Shown here in pieces: positions 34,081 through 48,600 of a stretch of DNA of 64,000 nt. The position numbers and the translations under genes were made by a program. The notes under the pieces were generated by a model. That model did not search any database. It had not been told where the DNA came from and saw only the letters and a program-made list of their open reading frames with translations. Positions within the stretch are counted from its first letter, which is position 1. Each line of letters begins with the position of its first letter. Origin of the DNA: Podarcis liolepis (lineage: Eukaryota); NCBI GenBank assembly GCA_965112155.1, contig OZ218103.1; one strand, written 5' to 3'.

Positions 34081-36824
34081 AGGAGTTTCTATTGATGGGC
34101 AGTGAGGGCACTCCTTGTTCTGGGAGCATTGTGGAGGCATTGGCTGTGTGAAAAAGAATTCCCTCATTCAGCCAGTGCCTGAAAATGCAGCATTCCCAGC
34201 TGGTGGGCAGGAGAAAGAACTTATTTACTAGGCCTATGCTCAGTGCTTCCCAAAGTTCCAGGCACAGAACTGGCTACACCTCTTGTGCTGTGGTTCCCAA
34301 ATACCAACAACCAACTGGCTATTGGGCATTTGGGAATCATGCACAATGGATTTTGACAGATGGGCCAAACAACACAGATTTCAGTCATGGGATTTCCGCA
34401 GTGATGTCACAGGTAAATTGTTCTGCCCATCTGTCAAAACTGGTCCCTGGAGCAGTAACGATTTTCAACCCCTGGTTTAATTATTCATACGCTGCATCAA
34501 GATCAGCAAGTGTGCCAAAGTGCAATCAAACTTATATTGTTACCACACACAGACCCATTCTATTTTATCAAGTAAATTTATTTTTTTTTGATCAATGGAC
34601 AATAATGATAATGGTTGATGGGATTTCTGTCTTCATGGTTGATGAGTCATTCAGTTACAGCTGTAATAGTTAAGAGTTACTAAGGCCTTTCACTGATTCA
34701 TACTGCATTAATTTGAGACTCAGAACTCTAGTAGTATGGTACTGTTTGTTCTGGGGAGAAATTATTCTTACTTATATCAGCTTTTCACTCTGTATATATT
34801 TTGATGATACTTTGATGGTTATTTTCTTCTTAAGAATGCCCTGAGACATGAGACTTTTTTATAAGGGCATATGTGTGTGCTTGCCCATGAACCTTTCTCA
34901 AAATCAACCTCCCATTGACATTCTGTCCCTTCTGCATTTCTGACAGCATAGTGGTCTTTGCATAGGCTGTCTGCCAGGATTCTGAAAGAAATTTTTTTCC
35001 AAGCTGGGATCATGAGCTGCTTTGTTGCTGTTGTTGTTGTTGTTACTGCCTTTCATGAGGAGCAACCACTGCATTCTGAGTGGTGCAAAAAATAAATAAA
35101 TATGGCCAGTGTGGGGACAATTATCATAATGAGACTTTGTTGCCTGGTTTAGAAAGTATTCTTTGGCAAGTATATCCCATATAAGCAGAGTGAGCTATAT
35201 CTACAACTGATAGCTCATTCTACATGAGAAAGCCAATAATGTATAGTCAGATGTTGTTAAGGTAACTCCCACTCTATGGGACCTGAGGTGAAATTTCGCA
35301 GAAAACAAATTTCTGAGCAAATGAAGGGGGAATCGTAAAGTGTAGCTTTAATAACCAAACCTGATCTCATCTCCTTTGGGGTTAAATGATCTTGTGATGT
35401 GGACACAATGTCACACCATTAAAGCAGATTAGAGCCACCATTTTACTTATTGAAAAAATGAGGAAGAAAGCCACCCCCTTTTACTGCCCTGTTTTGTAAG
35501 TACGACAGGGGTAAATCAAGAGTGTAACACGATCCTAAGTATTTACCCAAATATATCATGACCATAAGAATAAGTTCAATCTTTGTATAAGTCATCAGTC
35601 ACCTTTATGAAACAGGTATTGCCTTCAAGGCCCTTAGTTGCTCCTAATATTGTCAGGAATATGCTAATAAAAACAGTTTTTAAATGACCTTTTCATTGCC
35701 TTATTCACACATGCTTTCAAGGAAACCAAATCCCATAAATCTGGAAATAGTTCAGTATAAAATTTTTGCAGAGTGTAAAACTGGCAGGGTTTCACCGGAG
35801 TCCAGGGGACTGGGCTGGTTTAGCTCTGTTGAAAGACAGCAGCCCTTGAATAGAGAGGCAGGAGTAATCAATGGCTTTGCATGCAGTGCCAAACATTTTG
35901 CAGATACTATCTGTTGTAAAACTGTCATGGGCAATTTAACCTACAATTCCTGGCCATCCCAGTTGCTCTGATAATGTCATCAGCTGAGAGATAACCTTGG
36001 TGCTTGCTGTTGTCATGGAAGAACTGCCGAAGCCTGCCCACTTCTTTAGTGCAACAATATTTTAAGCTAAATAGCACCTGACACATTGTTGGCACCAAGC
36101 ACAGGTAAAACAGAAGTTATAGCACTTAGCTATTGCCAAACCTCAGACTTTCACAGATTCCAGACAACAAGGAGGAGGGACTAAGAAAGACAATCAGGTG
36201 GTGAATTACAGTACCTTATAGGGTACAGCATTGTGAGAATGTAACCATTTCACGGTCTGTCCATCCCCAGACATACCCCTATACATATATTGCTTCAGAA
36301 AAATTCTGCTTAAGTCCCAATTTCTGCAGCAAGTAAAGCTTCAGTCTCTATAGACTATGCATATAGAGAAAATTTGCATATTTTTTGAATTTATTTGCTT
36401 CTGCACAACCTATGCAGAGCACTGCAATTCTACCTCCTGTATCTCCTATTCAGTCTTATCTCCTCCCCAGAACCCAAGATTTCACCAGGCATTGCTTGCA
36501 CACTTTCAAGCCTTGAGAACTAGAAGTGTGCTCTTTTAAAAGGAAAACTGAATTCTCAGGCAGATGCCTTCTGGAGCCTATACCCTTTCTGAATTTGCAT
36601 ATTGATGAATCACATGGATCTGGATACTCAACAACACCGAAGAAAGTAGAGAAGTGTAATGTTTTAATTCATATTTTTTTTCTTTCAGATCTCGTAGATG
36701 ACCAGGATCTGAGAGCTGACCTTCAAAACCTGCACCTGCCCTAGCAGATACCCACTCCATCTTGGGCTCCCCTCTGCCCCCAAAATCCCTTCCTACATAG
36801 GAGTGGCTGAGCCAGACAGTTTCG

Positions 36825-37104
36825 ATGCCTAAGCACAGCAAGGTGACCCAGAAGGAACAAAGTACTGAGCATGTCACTGAATCAGTGGCTGATCTGCTGG
36901 CCCTTGAGGAGCCTGTGGACTATAGACAGAGTGTCTTAAATGTGGCTGGAGAAAATTGGAACAAGCAGCAGGATGTGGATGACACTGGTGAGGATCGGCC
37001 AGCGTGGAACAATAAACTGCAGTACATTTTGGCTCAGATTGGCTACTCCGTGGGGCTGGGGAATGTCTGGCGCTTTCCATATTTGTGTCAAAAGAATGGT
37101 GGAG
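36825..37104 (+). CDS. SLC6A17: SLC6A17 first coding exon (exon starts at acceptor 36689)
   Basis: MPKHSKV...[36 protein letters not shown]; donor G|GTAAGT. Confidence 0.95.
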
Positions 37105-39599
37105 GTAAGTGAGCAAGGTAGTATAAAAGTCATCTGTTATGGACACATGTTCTGCTTTCCTAATATAATAATACAAGAGGAAGGGAGCATAGGCTTGAAG
37201 GCCATAGGATGCTATCTCAAACTGAGGCAGACAATACATAGTACTGACCATGCTGACTGGTAGTAACCCTCTAGGTTTCAGACAGGATCCTTTCCTGGCT
37301 CTTCCTGGAAATTCTGGGTAAATCATGTGCTCAACCATTAAGCTATAGCTTTCCCTTCAATGGATTGTTGTAGTCACTAATCTGCATGATCAGGCTGCTC
37401 ATTAAAGAGTTAAATGAAGAACTGTTATCCTGAATCTTATGACACGTTCTAAGTATCTATTCTATACAAACCAAGACTACTACTCCACCACACTCAGCGA
37501 GTAAGTCTCCTTTCCTGCTTGATAGTGTGCAAGTATTATTTACCTGGTCATCTTGAGTTCAGGTAACAATTTGTGATGGTGAAAGGCTGCCATTATTCTT
37601 GGACTGTGTCTTTTTTTATAACAGCCATGTATTTTCCTTGGTTGTGCACTGCAAATCCATGCCTGAACCACATTGAACCATTATTATCTCAAAATATGTG
37701 AAATATATAAACAAGCCCTTGCTACAAAAGGCATTCCTCTATAGCTTGGTAATTATTTTCACAAAGTTGAACTCAGCCAACTCTTCTATCTGTTTCAATT
37801 TGCCCTAGTTGAGCTGATTATGCACTGTTAATTTATTTCAGATTTACAGGTTGTGCTCTATTTCCTAACAAATTTGCTTTCCATGGTGTGATTCTTGCTC
37901 TCTGTGACATAGGATGATAATATTCCATTAATCTTTTTCTTTTTTTTAGCCACCGAGTTGCAGGAAAAGCAGATTAAAGGCATAATTGCAAAGGATGACT
38001 GTGTAAGGCACATTGCCCTTTGGTTGGCTGCACAGATAGAGGTGACCACTGGTGTTTTCCCTCCTATCAAGTGCTGAGTCTTCAATGTGGTCAATAGAAC
38101 ATTAAATGAATGGTTGTTGCACCTTGAAGGCTTACCTGCTTGCTATTAAGCTTATGCTTCCTGGATTATCCATGGATGAAGCAAAGTGCTGGCTGAGTAT
38201 CAGTTGGGTGTAATGCGACAGGAATGGATTATTGATAGATAGATGCTTTTGTGATAAAAGCAATTCCTTGGTTGATAAAAGTCTGTATCGCTTCTTGGTT
38301 CAGCAAGCTTTTTCTGCTAAAAAATACTGCTGTATGTGAAAGTAGTAATTTGTGTGTTGTTTTCTTCTCAGTAATGAAGTGTGCATATGTCTAGCAGAAA
38401 GAACAGATTTTTATTAGGAAAAGGGTGGTATTGGGCCAATTCTTTGGAACATTGTGTGCTCAAGAACTTACAGGATGGTGCTGCATGGGTTGAATGCTTT
38501 CTTGAAAGCTGAACACCCAGGTTAGGGTTGCAGACGGGAACCTTCTAATTGTACCTATTATCTAGTTACAAAACCTGGTTTCCCCATTGTGTGTACTGAT
38601 GGCTACTGTGTGCCCTAAATGTGTAGGAAGCGCCTGAGTTTCTCTCTCAGCTGACTTGTCTGTCTTTGGAACTGGAGTGCATTGGTTTGCTAGTGTATAT
38701 GGAATTTTGAAAGCCATTGCCTATTGGGGTCACCAGAGTCAGAGGCAATGACGTAATCAAAGACAAGGCAGTTCCAGGTTCCAGGGAAGGAGGTAGACAA
38801 GGACTAGAAGCAGATGACTGGGTCAAGAGGCCCCAGACTAGGCAGAATAGAAGTTTGAGGCAAGGGAACTGGTGTGGCTGCTCAGGGAGGCAACTTGTTC
38901 AGGGTAAAGAACCAAACCTGTCAACAGTTACATAGAACCAGCCAGGCCCTTACTGGTTCCTCTGACCTAACTTGGTTGGAGAGCAGCCATGCTGTCTCTG
39001 ACCAGGACTGGCCCAATATATTTTGCTGCCTTAGGCAAAGGACAAGATGGCACCATGCCATTTCCCAGAGAGAAGCTGACTGGACTGGCGGTACTAGCAA
39101 TGGAGTAGTGTTCGTCATAATGCCTGAAGGCAGCAGGGTAGAGAAAGGGCTCTGCCCTCTAACAGAAAGCACCATGGAGATGAAGCCAATCACTCGCTTC
39201 TGCTGCTGTCTAAATTACATGAGATGTGAAGTTACATATTTAAATAAGAGTCTTCAGTCTGGCTGCTTTTTCTTTAAAATAAAAGGGGCCCTGATCCAGA
39301 ATGTACTCCTCATCCAGATCAAGGCCCTGCAGTGGTTTTCTGCTAAGAAAACCACCTTTACCTGTTTGCTCTTGGTCTCCACAGTTTCTGTTTCTTGGTA
39401 TGCTGTGAAATGGTTGGTTTTCTTTATTCTGTTTTGAGGTCTTTTTCACATTTATTAATATTATTATGAGCCCTGCTGGAAATCATTTTAAATAGTGTCG
39501 TGGAGGAGTTTTATGCAGAGTACTGAGTTTGAGTTTATGGTAGCTTGTGCTAATAGTGGTTTCTTTCAGAGCCCTGAGCTGCTTCGGGAGGAAAGGTAG

Positions 39600-39646
<47 letters not shown>

Positions 39647-42600
39647 GTAACAGTAATAATAATAATAAAATTAATTGTAGCTAAGACCTTTTTCTAAAGG
39701 GGAAAAAAGAAACCTTGTTGTCATTTGCTTTGATCAGAGTCTTCCAGTGATTCTTGTCAGGAGCTGACCCAGTTGTGTGAAGGATTTTTATATCTTTTTG
39801 AGAAGCTGTGAGTTGTGTCAAGAATTAACTCGGTGATGTTGTGCTGGGTGCACTTAATCGTTTCCAGCCTGCTTATCTGACTACCCTGAATATGAAGCAG
39901 GATCAAAATCCTGCCTACACAGCTTTTCTGTCTTATTAGAATTATGAACGTGCCAGGAATATTGATTTTCTCTCTCTTTTTTTTTGCTTTGAGTTTTTGG
40001 TCAACAGCTCAGATTTCCAGCATGAGAGTTTTTGGCCTCTCTGGCCAACTGTTTATATTTCTCAGACTGCCCATTTGTTTCGTACTCTCTTCAACTAGCC
40101 AGATATATATGGCCCTGCTATTTAAGTAGAGTCCTTTATGAAGAATTTTCATCCAGCCCTTCCAAGAATTGTTCTCTTTAATTGCATAGCTGGCACTGGA
40201 ACAGCCATTGTGAAGGCAGAAAATAACCATACTGTATATACATTTATATATGGAGTGTTAAAGTGATCCTGTGCGTTGTAGTTGTATTAACCTCTCCCTC
40301 TATTGTCATGGCACCATTTTAAATTAGGAGACTTGCTTCAAATAATGTTTAGAGACAAATGCTAACTGGAGCTGATGAGAGTTGGATGGGCCATACAAGT
40401 AAGAAGTGGTTGTCTCCTAGGAGCAGTCATGGTCACCTTCTCATGCTGGGACCTGTGTGATCAAAGACAGGCATCTCTAATGACCTTTTTCTTTCTTGCC
40501 AGGTGCCTATCTGGTTCCATATCTCGTATTGCTCATCCTCATCGGCATCCCTCTCTTCTTTCTGGAGTTGGCTGTTGGCCAGAGGATCCGCCGGGGCAGT
40601 ATAGGAGTGTGGAATTACGTCTGCCCTCGGTTGGGGGGCATTGGATTTGCCAGCTGCCTTGTAAGTGCTTGCAGAAGGCTTGTGGTGGCTTTGGGACAGC
40701 TGTGTGGATGATAGACAGGTGGTCTTCCACATGTGCTGTCTAGCAGACATGTGCATAACAGACCCATTTCCCAATGTAAAGAGGGCTTAGTTATTGCAGA
40801 ATATAATTAGAAGATACCAGCCTGTGAAGGTGGTTGGTTAGAAGCTCAAGACTGATGCCTTGAACAGTTCTTTCCCCCAGCTATGGAACAGGATCAGACA
40901 TTTACCATCAAGTTCTGATTTCCTTTGATTTCCCTGCATGGTCCTATATATATCTGAACTGAAAGGAAGTGCCCTTCAAGACCGTGCCCTAACTGATCCA
41001 CTGTTCACACCTGTCAAAACAAACCTCTTTGTAGTTTAGTCCTGATGATTCACTCTGCAGAGGGTCAAGTGATGGGCAGGTGGGTGCTAGCAAAAAGACC
41101 ATTTCCCCTCTGGGATTGATACTGGAACTCAAGCTTAGCGCCACAACTCACTCATGCCCCCTAAGCACCATTGTGCCATTCAGCATCTTATATAAACTGC
41201 TGGGATGACAACCAAAGCCCCTTGATTGATGTGGCTCTGGATCACCTGTGCAAGAGCAACACTGCTTCCTTGATATCTGGCAATTTTGAGGGAAACAATC
41301 ACTGGACATGCCCACATCACAGGACAGAGCAGAGTTTGAGAATGCATGGGGAGACAAGAGGAAAGAGAAGTCCCATTGCATAGCATAACCCAGTGCATTT
41401 CAATGTTCCATTCTCCACCATTCATTTTAGTATCACTTTGTTTGGAAATACGTTTTGCTTTCCAGGATCCAAACATTTTCATTCTCCTGTTGCCAGGTCT
41501 GCTTGTTTGTTGGGCTCTACTACAATGTGATCATAGGATGGAGCATCTTTTACTTTTTTAAATCCTTCCAGTACCCGCTGCCTTGGAGCGAGTGCCCCGT
41601 CATAAGGAATGGCACAGTGGCAAGTGAGTCCTTTCTCTTTCCTGCTTTGCATGTGGTAGAAGGGAAATGAGGCACACTTCTTCAGGTGATAAACTGCATT
41701 CAGCTCTGTGACTTCTAATCTTCCAGAATCTTATAATTCAAATGTGATAGTTGCTGCAGTAGTAATCAGTGCTGGCTGATACCACACAGCACAGATGGGT
41801 GGATGCATTCATTTATCCTTTTCCATCATTGTGGGTCCCAAGGAGAAATAAGTCTTCATTTGCCCTGTACTCTGTAGTTACTATAGTTAGGTAATTCAAC
41901 ATTACTTTCTCTAGGGGTATTGAGAGTAGTGGCAGAGAACGACCTTCCAGTCAACAACTTAACAATAGTTCAGGTTTGTTTCCAGCTGATAGGGTGTGGG
42001 AATTGCGTTTGGGCATTGGTTGGCAGGAAATGGATATTTTCCAAAGAGTGCTATAGAGACACTCTGGAGGTTAATGGAGCATTTAATAGAATGTGAACAT
42101 CTCCCAGAATATATATAAATCTTTTATAGTGGGTGTAAATTGCCCCATTTATTTAACTTTTAGTTTCAGTGGCAAGATCTTGGATTCTTATTCCTTTCTC
42201 CTAATGTGAATTTCGGCATCCTTCCTGAAGTGCCCTATGACTGCTTGTCTCTCCTACGTAGACTTTAAATGCTGCCTTGCTTTGCTGTGGCACAGGTGTG
42301 TCTAAATGAGAAGTCAAAGCATGTAAAAAAACACAACTCCATAGCTTTTGTCTCTTTTCAGCCGTGGAACCAGAATGCGACAAAAGCTCTGCTACTACTT
42401 ACTTCTGGTACCGGGATGCCCTGGACATCTCCAACTCCATTAATGAGAGTGGTGGGCTTAATTGGAGAATGACTTTATGCCTCCTGGCAGCTTGGACCAT
42501 TGTAGGCTTGGCCATGATCAAAGGAATTCAGTCTTCAGGAAAGGTAAGTGTTGATGGTGGCAGCCCAAAGCAGAACAGAGATTGCCAGAACCTACAACAG

Positions 42601-45600
42601 GTGGACCCACTTATAAAGTGGTGGATCCAGGGATGGGAAACCTGTGGCTCTCCAGATGGTGCAGGACTACAACTCTCATCATCCCTTCCCATTGGCCATG
42701 TTGGCTGGGGCTGACAACGTCTGGAGGGCCACAGCTTCCCCATCCCAGACCTACAGGTTACAGAAGACAATAACTAATGTTTGGGACGCAATCTTGTAGC
42801 CAGGACAAAGCGTTCAGCAGCTTCCACACATCCTCAATGGTTCATGGGGCCCAGGTAACCACAATGGAATAAGAAGCTAGGAAAAAGGAAAGGGTGAACA
42901 CTTTCCCAACCACCTGGTCCAGGAGTGCTTGCTCCATTTTGCTTGGCTTGTGCCTCAGAGCAGCCACCTGAAAGTAAGAATAACATGTGAAAGAGCCCAT
43001 AGTTGAATGAATGAAGTCAGCAGTACCCGATAGCAATCACAGGCACAGCTTCCTCTCTTTTGGGATACAGCTGCTCAGTTTACCTATCTTAGGGCATATC
43101 CACATCAAACAGCAGTCACTTATTTCCCCATGAAGAACCACAGGAATTGTAGTTCTGTTTGGGGAGAGGGCTCAGGATCTTGAACAGTGAATTCATCAAA
43201 GTACCGCATTGGCCTGAATATAAGCCGCACCCAAATATAAGCCACTCTTTTAAAATGGGGGGGGGGTACCCAAATATAAGCCGCTCCCTTCCTCGCTGCT
43301 CCTTGCTGCATACTGGGGGGGGGGGGGAGCCGTGCTGTGTTGCCAGCCGCCTTTCCCCTTCCTTGCTCTCTCCCTTCCAGGCCTTGGGGGAGAGGATGGG
43401 GAACTACGCATGGGGCAGGTGCCACTTCACCGCGCTCCTGGCGCTGTTTGCCCCGCACTCCTAGCTGCATACCGTATGGTCGCGAATATAAGTCACACTT
43501 TAACTTTTCACGGTTGGAATTTGGGCAAAAAGTGCAGTTTATATTCAGGCCAATATGGTATCTCACCAAACTACAGTTCCCAAAATGCTTTGTAGAAAGA
43601 AAAATACTGACAGAAGTTTCCAGTAGGGTAGATCTGGGCTTATTGTTCATCCTTAAGACTTTCTTTATATACAGTCTACTGCTGAATTATATATAAAGTA
43701 GGATCTCCCGCTTTCTCTCCCTCTCCCACTCAGGTGATGTATTTCAGCTCCCTTTTTCCTTACGTGGTACTGATCTGTTTCCTGGTCCGGGGATTGCTCT
43801 TGAGGGGGGCGATAGATGGGATTCTGCACATGCTCACTCCCAAGGTAAGCCCACCACACTCACCATGTGCCTTTAGACCAGTCAGAGAAATGTCTCTTAC
43901 TGGGAACTATAGCTAGCAAGAATCCTATGTCTCTGGTGATCATCACAATCCATGTCCTATGTTAAACTGATGCCTCTGTGGCGCTGCCTGGATGGCACCA
44001 GAGCAGAGCAAATTTTACTTAGGTATAGGTGTTGCTGTTTTAGTCAATGGTGCTACTCTCTCTGAAACTGAAATGCTGATGATTAATTGCTTTGGGCATG
44101 CCTGTCCAGGTCTGTTTCATTATTCTTCCTGCTTGTGGTCAGAATTGTACCAAATTAACTAGGTTTGCCAAAGGACAGCTGCAAAATGGATTGACTCATT
44201 AGCTGTTTAATTAATTCATTAAACAAAGATGTAGGTGATTGAAATTATGAAGCTGGCATTAATCCTGATTAATTTTGAATAAGAGATTCTAAAATACAAG
44301 CCCCAGTGTCCAAGTTCTCATTGTAGGTAGAATGATTAGCAACCACACATCTTCCATTTGCAATACTGCACAGGCCCAATCTGTAAATGGCATCTCCATC
44401 AGGTTTGTCCAGATTCATGGCAGCAGAAGGTCCCACCGGTATCACACTACACACGAGCAGCATGCAATGGATGCTTTAGCTGAGATTCCTGCATTGCAGG
44501 GGTTTGGACTAGATGACTCTATGATTCTAATTTGGTAGGGCTCACTTGCCATGCCACAAACCATGCTGGACTGAAAGGGAGTAAAGTGCTTAATAGTTTG
44601 CTAGTACATTAGTTTGCAGAGAGCACTTGCATAGCTTGCTAGCATAAGTGTGACTATCCTGTGCAGTCTATTAAGTGCATTCTGTAAGCAGCAATCCTTA
44701 ATCAATAAGGTTAATCAAGCTTTTCTTGATAAAGGGATGGGGGCTAATTGTAACTGGCAGGGGTCATTTTGAAACACTGAGTTTGTTTTCTCTCAACTGT
44801 CATTTGGACACTACCTGTGTTTTCAAGCTTTCTTCCATAGGAATCATAAGGGCTAGTGTTTTTGGTTTTTGTTTTGTTTTTCTCTTTTAAAGGATTGTGA
44901 CATTTTTTCAGGGCATGATATTCCATGCCTAACTGGGTAAGCCCACAAAGTGCACAGGCAGTAAAATTCTAAAATGCAATGATGAATAAGGCATTCACAG
45001 TTCTGCATCTGAGATCCATTTATTTCCATGGGACCTGATTCCCTTTCTATTGTGCCCTTAGGCATCAATAATTGAGTCAACAGAGGAGAAAGATAGAGCG
45101 CTCTCTCTAGCATATGCACAAAGAACAGATACCCAGGCAATGATGTGCTGTTCTCAGCTGCCCATGTTATACATTTAAATATAAATGTGCCATATGTGGA
45201 CCAAGCTGAGCATCTCTGATGCAGGATGGATGACTTGGCTTCCTTCTCATCTCTCCTTACAGCTAGATAAAATGTTGGATATCCAGGTGTGGCGGGAAGC
45301 AGCCACTCAGGTCTTCTTTGCCCTCGGACTGGGCTTTGGCGGAGTTATTGCTTTTTCCAGTTACAACAAGCAGGACAATAACTGCCACTTCGATGCAGCC
45401 TTGGTCTCCTTCATCAACTTCTTCACCTCCATTTTGGCCACACTGGTAGTCTTTGCTGTGCTGGGCTTCAAAGCCAATGTCATGAATGAAAAGTGTGTGG
45501 TTGAGTAAGTACTCATTCCAGTCTCTCTCTCCCTGCCTCTCCCTTTCTCTCTCCCCTAAAGGCTTCTCTGGAGGGCACAACCACAGCAGCTATCTATTTT

Positions 45601-48600
45601 TCAGGGTACCTTATAGTTACTTTAAAAAAGCATCCAGTGCAGCGGGTGCAATTCTGTTCTGGCCTGAAGCTTTGATAGCCAGGTGGCAACCTAGAGTGCT
45701 CTCTGGAACCAGGATAACATCTTTTCACCTTATTATTTTTGCAGAATGTGCTGTGAAGTAATTGGACTAAATCCTGCCACTTCATTCATTATTATTCAGT
45801 ATTCATTCAGCTCATTCCTTCACAATTTTCTCCCCTCCATTTTATCCTCACGACAACCTTGTTAGGTAGGTTAGGTTCAGAGACTGTGACTGACTCACCC
45901 AGTGAACTTCATGGCTGAGTGGGAACCAGAACCTTGGTCCCCCTTGTCTGACATTCTTAATTAACCACTGCACCACACTGGCTCCCATCAACTGCTGGGG
46001 TTCATTTTGCCTGTTTTGCTGGAAGAAGATGCCCTTCACCCAGAACAAGGTGAACAAGGCCAGGCAATGGCTCTATAATGACCTTTAGCTTCTCCTCCAT
46101 AGGAACGCTGAGAAGATTCTGGGTTATCTGAATACCAATGTCCTCAGCCATGCACTCATCCCACCCCAAGTGAACTTCTCCCATCTCACGGCCAAAGACT
46201 ACACCGAGATGTATGGTGTGATAAAGACAGTGAAGAAGGATCATTTCGATAAGCTGGGCCTGGATCCTTGTCTACTGGAAGATGAGCTTAACAAGGTATG
46301 TTTATAGCCAGACTTGCTTTTCACGGTATATTTATAGCTGGGCTTGCTTTTCATGGTCATTTTCGACCCTAGATGCTGGTTCTGCTCTTGTACATCATTG
46401 AAGTCTCAGAGTGAGCCAACTTGCTTGGGAAGAGCACATGGTAGAGCTCTCTTGGGATTGTACCACTTCTGCATGGTGCAAGTGGGGGATCTCATGCTCA
46501 TATGCACCCCATTTTCTTGTTAAAAACAACCACCTCTCATTGCATATAGAAAATTAACACCTTGCGTATAGAAAATTAGCATATTAGAGAGAAGGCTAAG
46601 GCAGAAAGCTTGTGATTTCTGTTTAAGATCACTCTTGGTTGCAGTTCTTACCATGTGCTGATGAAGACTTCACTGACATAAGGAATAAGGAACTGAAGTA
46701 TGTCAAAATCATTGCAAGAATTGAGCTTGTGAGAGGTGGCCGAATATAACAGTGTTATGGAACAGATGTGTCTGGGTGCTGTGAATAGTAGAGCCTATGT
46801 TTCGTATGCTGAAGTTCCCAGGTTTATTCCCCAGCATCTCCAGGTGGGGGTGGGAGTGGGAGTGTCCCTTGTCTGAAAACCCCAAGAGCATCTGATGCTG
46901 AGCTAGATGGACCATTGGTCTGACTTGGTTTAAGAAAGACTCCTGTCTTCCTGAGATTACTGAGGGAGGTGAAACTGAGAAATGAATACATCATGTAATT
47001 TCTATGGGATACATGCATTGAAAAGTCACAACTTTCCATGACTACTCAGAACATGTATATATGTAGTGAAACAGATGCTTGTTCAATCATTTGTATGCAT
47101 TATGCATCATTTTCCTTATACCCACAATGGTTTGGCTGTTTGGTTCTGCGAGCCTATGATTTTACAGATAGAAATCTATTTACATGAATACATGCACACC
47201 TGCTTTTATGATGTAATCTTCTGCCCAGAGTAACGCAAGCATCTTCTTTTGGCTGTGTACAGTCAGTGCAGGGAACTGGCCTTGCATTCATAGCTTTCAC
47301 AGAAGCAATGACCCACTTTCCAGCTTCTCCTTTCTGGTCAGTGATGTTCTTCTTGATGCTGATAAACCTGGGTTTGGGGAGCATGATTGGGACCATGGCT
47401 GGCATCACCACACCCATCATTGACATGTTCAAAGTGCGCAAGGAAGCATTAACAGGTAAGTTCTCTCTTGGGGAAACTCAAGAAACCATTCACAGAGTAG
47501 CACTGTTGTGCATGCAATGACATCATTTAGTTCTGGCCAAGACTTGTGCTACAAAATACGTTGCTGGACGGGATCAAATTGTAATTCTTAAAAGTCATGG
47601 CATAACATCAGAGCTGAACCAATGTTTCTATTACTGAAATATATTTGCTGTCCCCAAAAAGAGCAGAGGGATTTGGGGGTTAAGAGGTGCCTGTCAACAT
47701 TGGGAAGCTCACACACTGTGATAATGTGGCAGTATCTGGGGAACTGATGATTTTGGGTCATTTCATAAGACCAAACTGTGGAGGGTTTATGGGTGAGTAG
47801 ATCTGGGCTGAGTTTGGAAAGTTTCAAAATGATTTTGTGATTATTTCATCAAACCTCCACATTTATCATACCACTACAAAGCTGATCCAAATGGCTGCTA
47901 GTAGCATATTCACCGTGCAATCCAAGAATGTTTTGGTTACTTCAAAGTAAATCACAGTGGTTTCAATGGATAGTAGCCCAGATGTGCCTCGGGTTATGAA
48001 TTGACCACTTCATTGCATGCCAAACTCTGGTAGAATCAATTCAATGCACATGTCCAAATTAGCAAGCTATGTAAAACCCCATTAAGCAACCCAGGGTATG
48101 AAGCACTGGTAACAAATTCCATTGCAGTGACAAAAGCAAAAACCATCATTTAAACTCATCATTCAAAAAAGCATCCACATCTGAAGCCTGATGTGAGCCT
48201 TCCAGTCAGTAAAGTTAAGGGGGTGTTTCTGAGGTATATAATACCTTCTGTGAGCTCCACATGCCTACCTGCCTAGATACTTGCAGATTTGTATGTAGCA
48301 GATTTTGTTTTACATTTCTCTAAAGATTACATTGCATATTAAAAGTTTAAGAGCAATTTATAGGGCACTCCTATGAATGTTTGCTTAGAAATAAGCCACA
48401 CAGTGTTCAATGGAGCTTAATCTCAAATAAGTGTGTCTAAGATTGCAACCTTAAACTTTTAAATAGTGAAATCAAGTACTTAAAATTCACCGAAACCAAA
48501 TGTTGTGCTTGCCTTAACTCTGTTTCCCCATAGTAGCCAGTTGGGGCTTCTACGTATAGGATAAAATTTCTTGCATAGAAGCCACATGTGGAAAGTTGGG

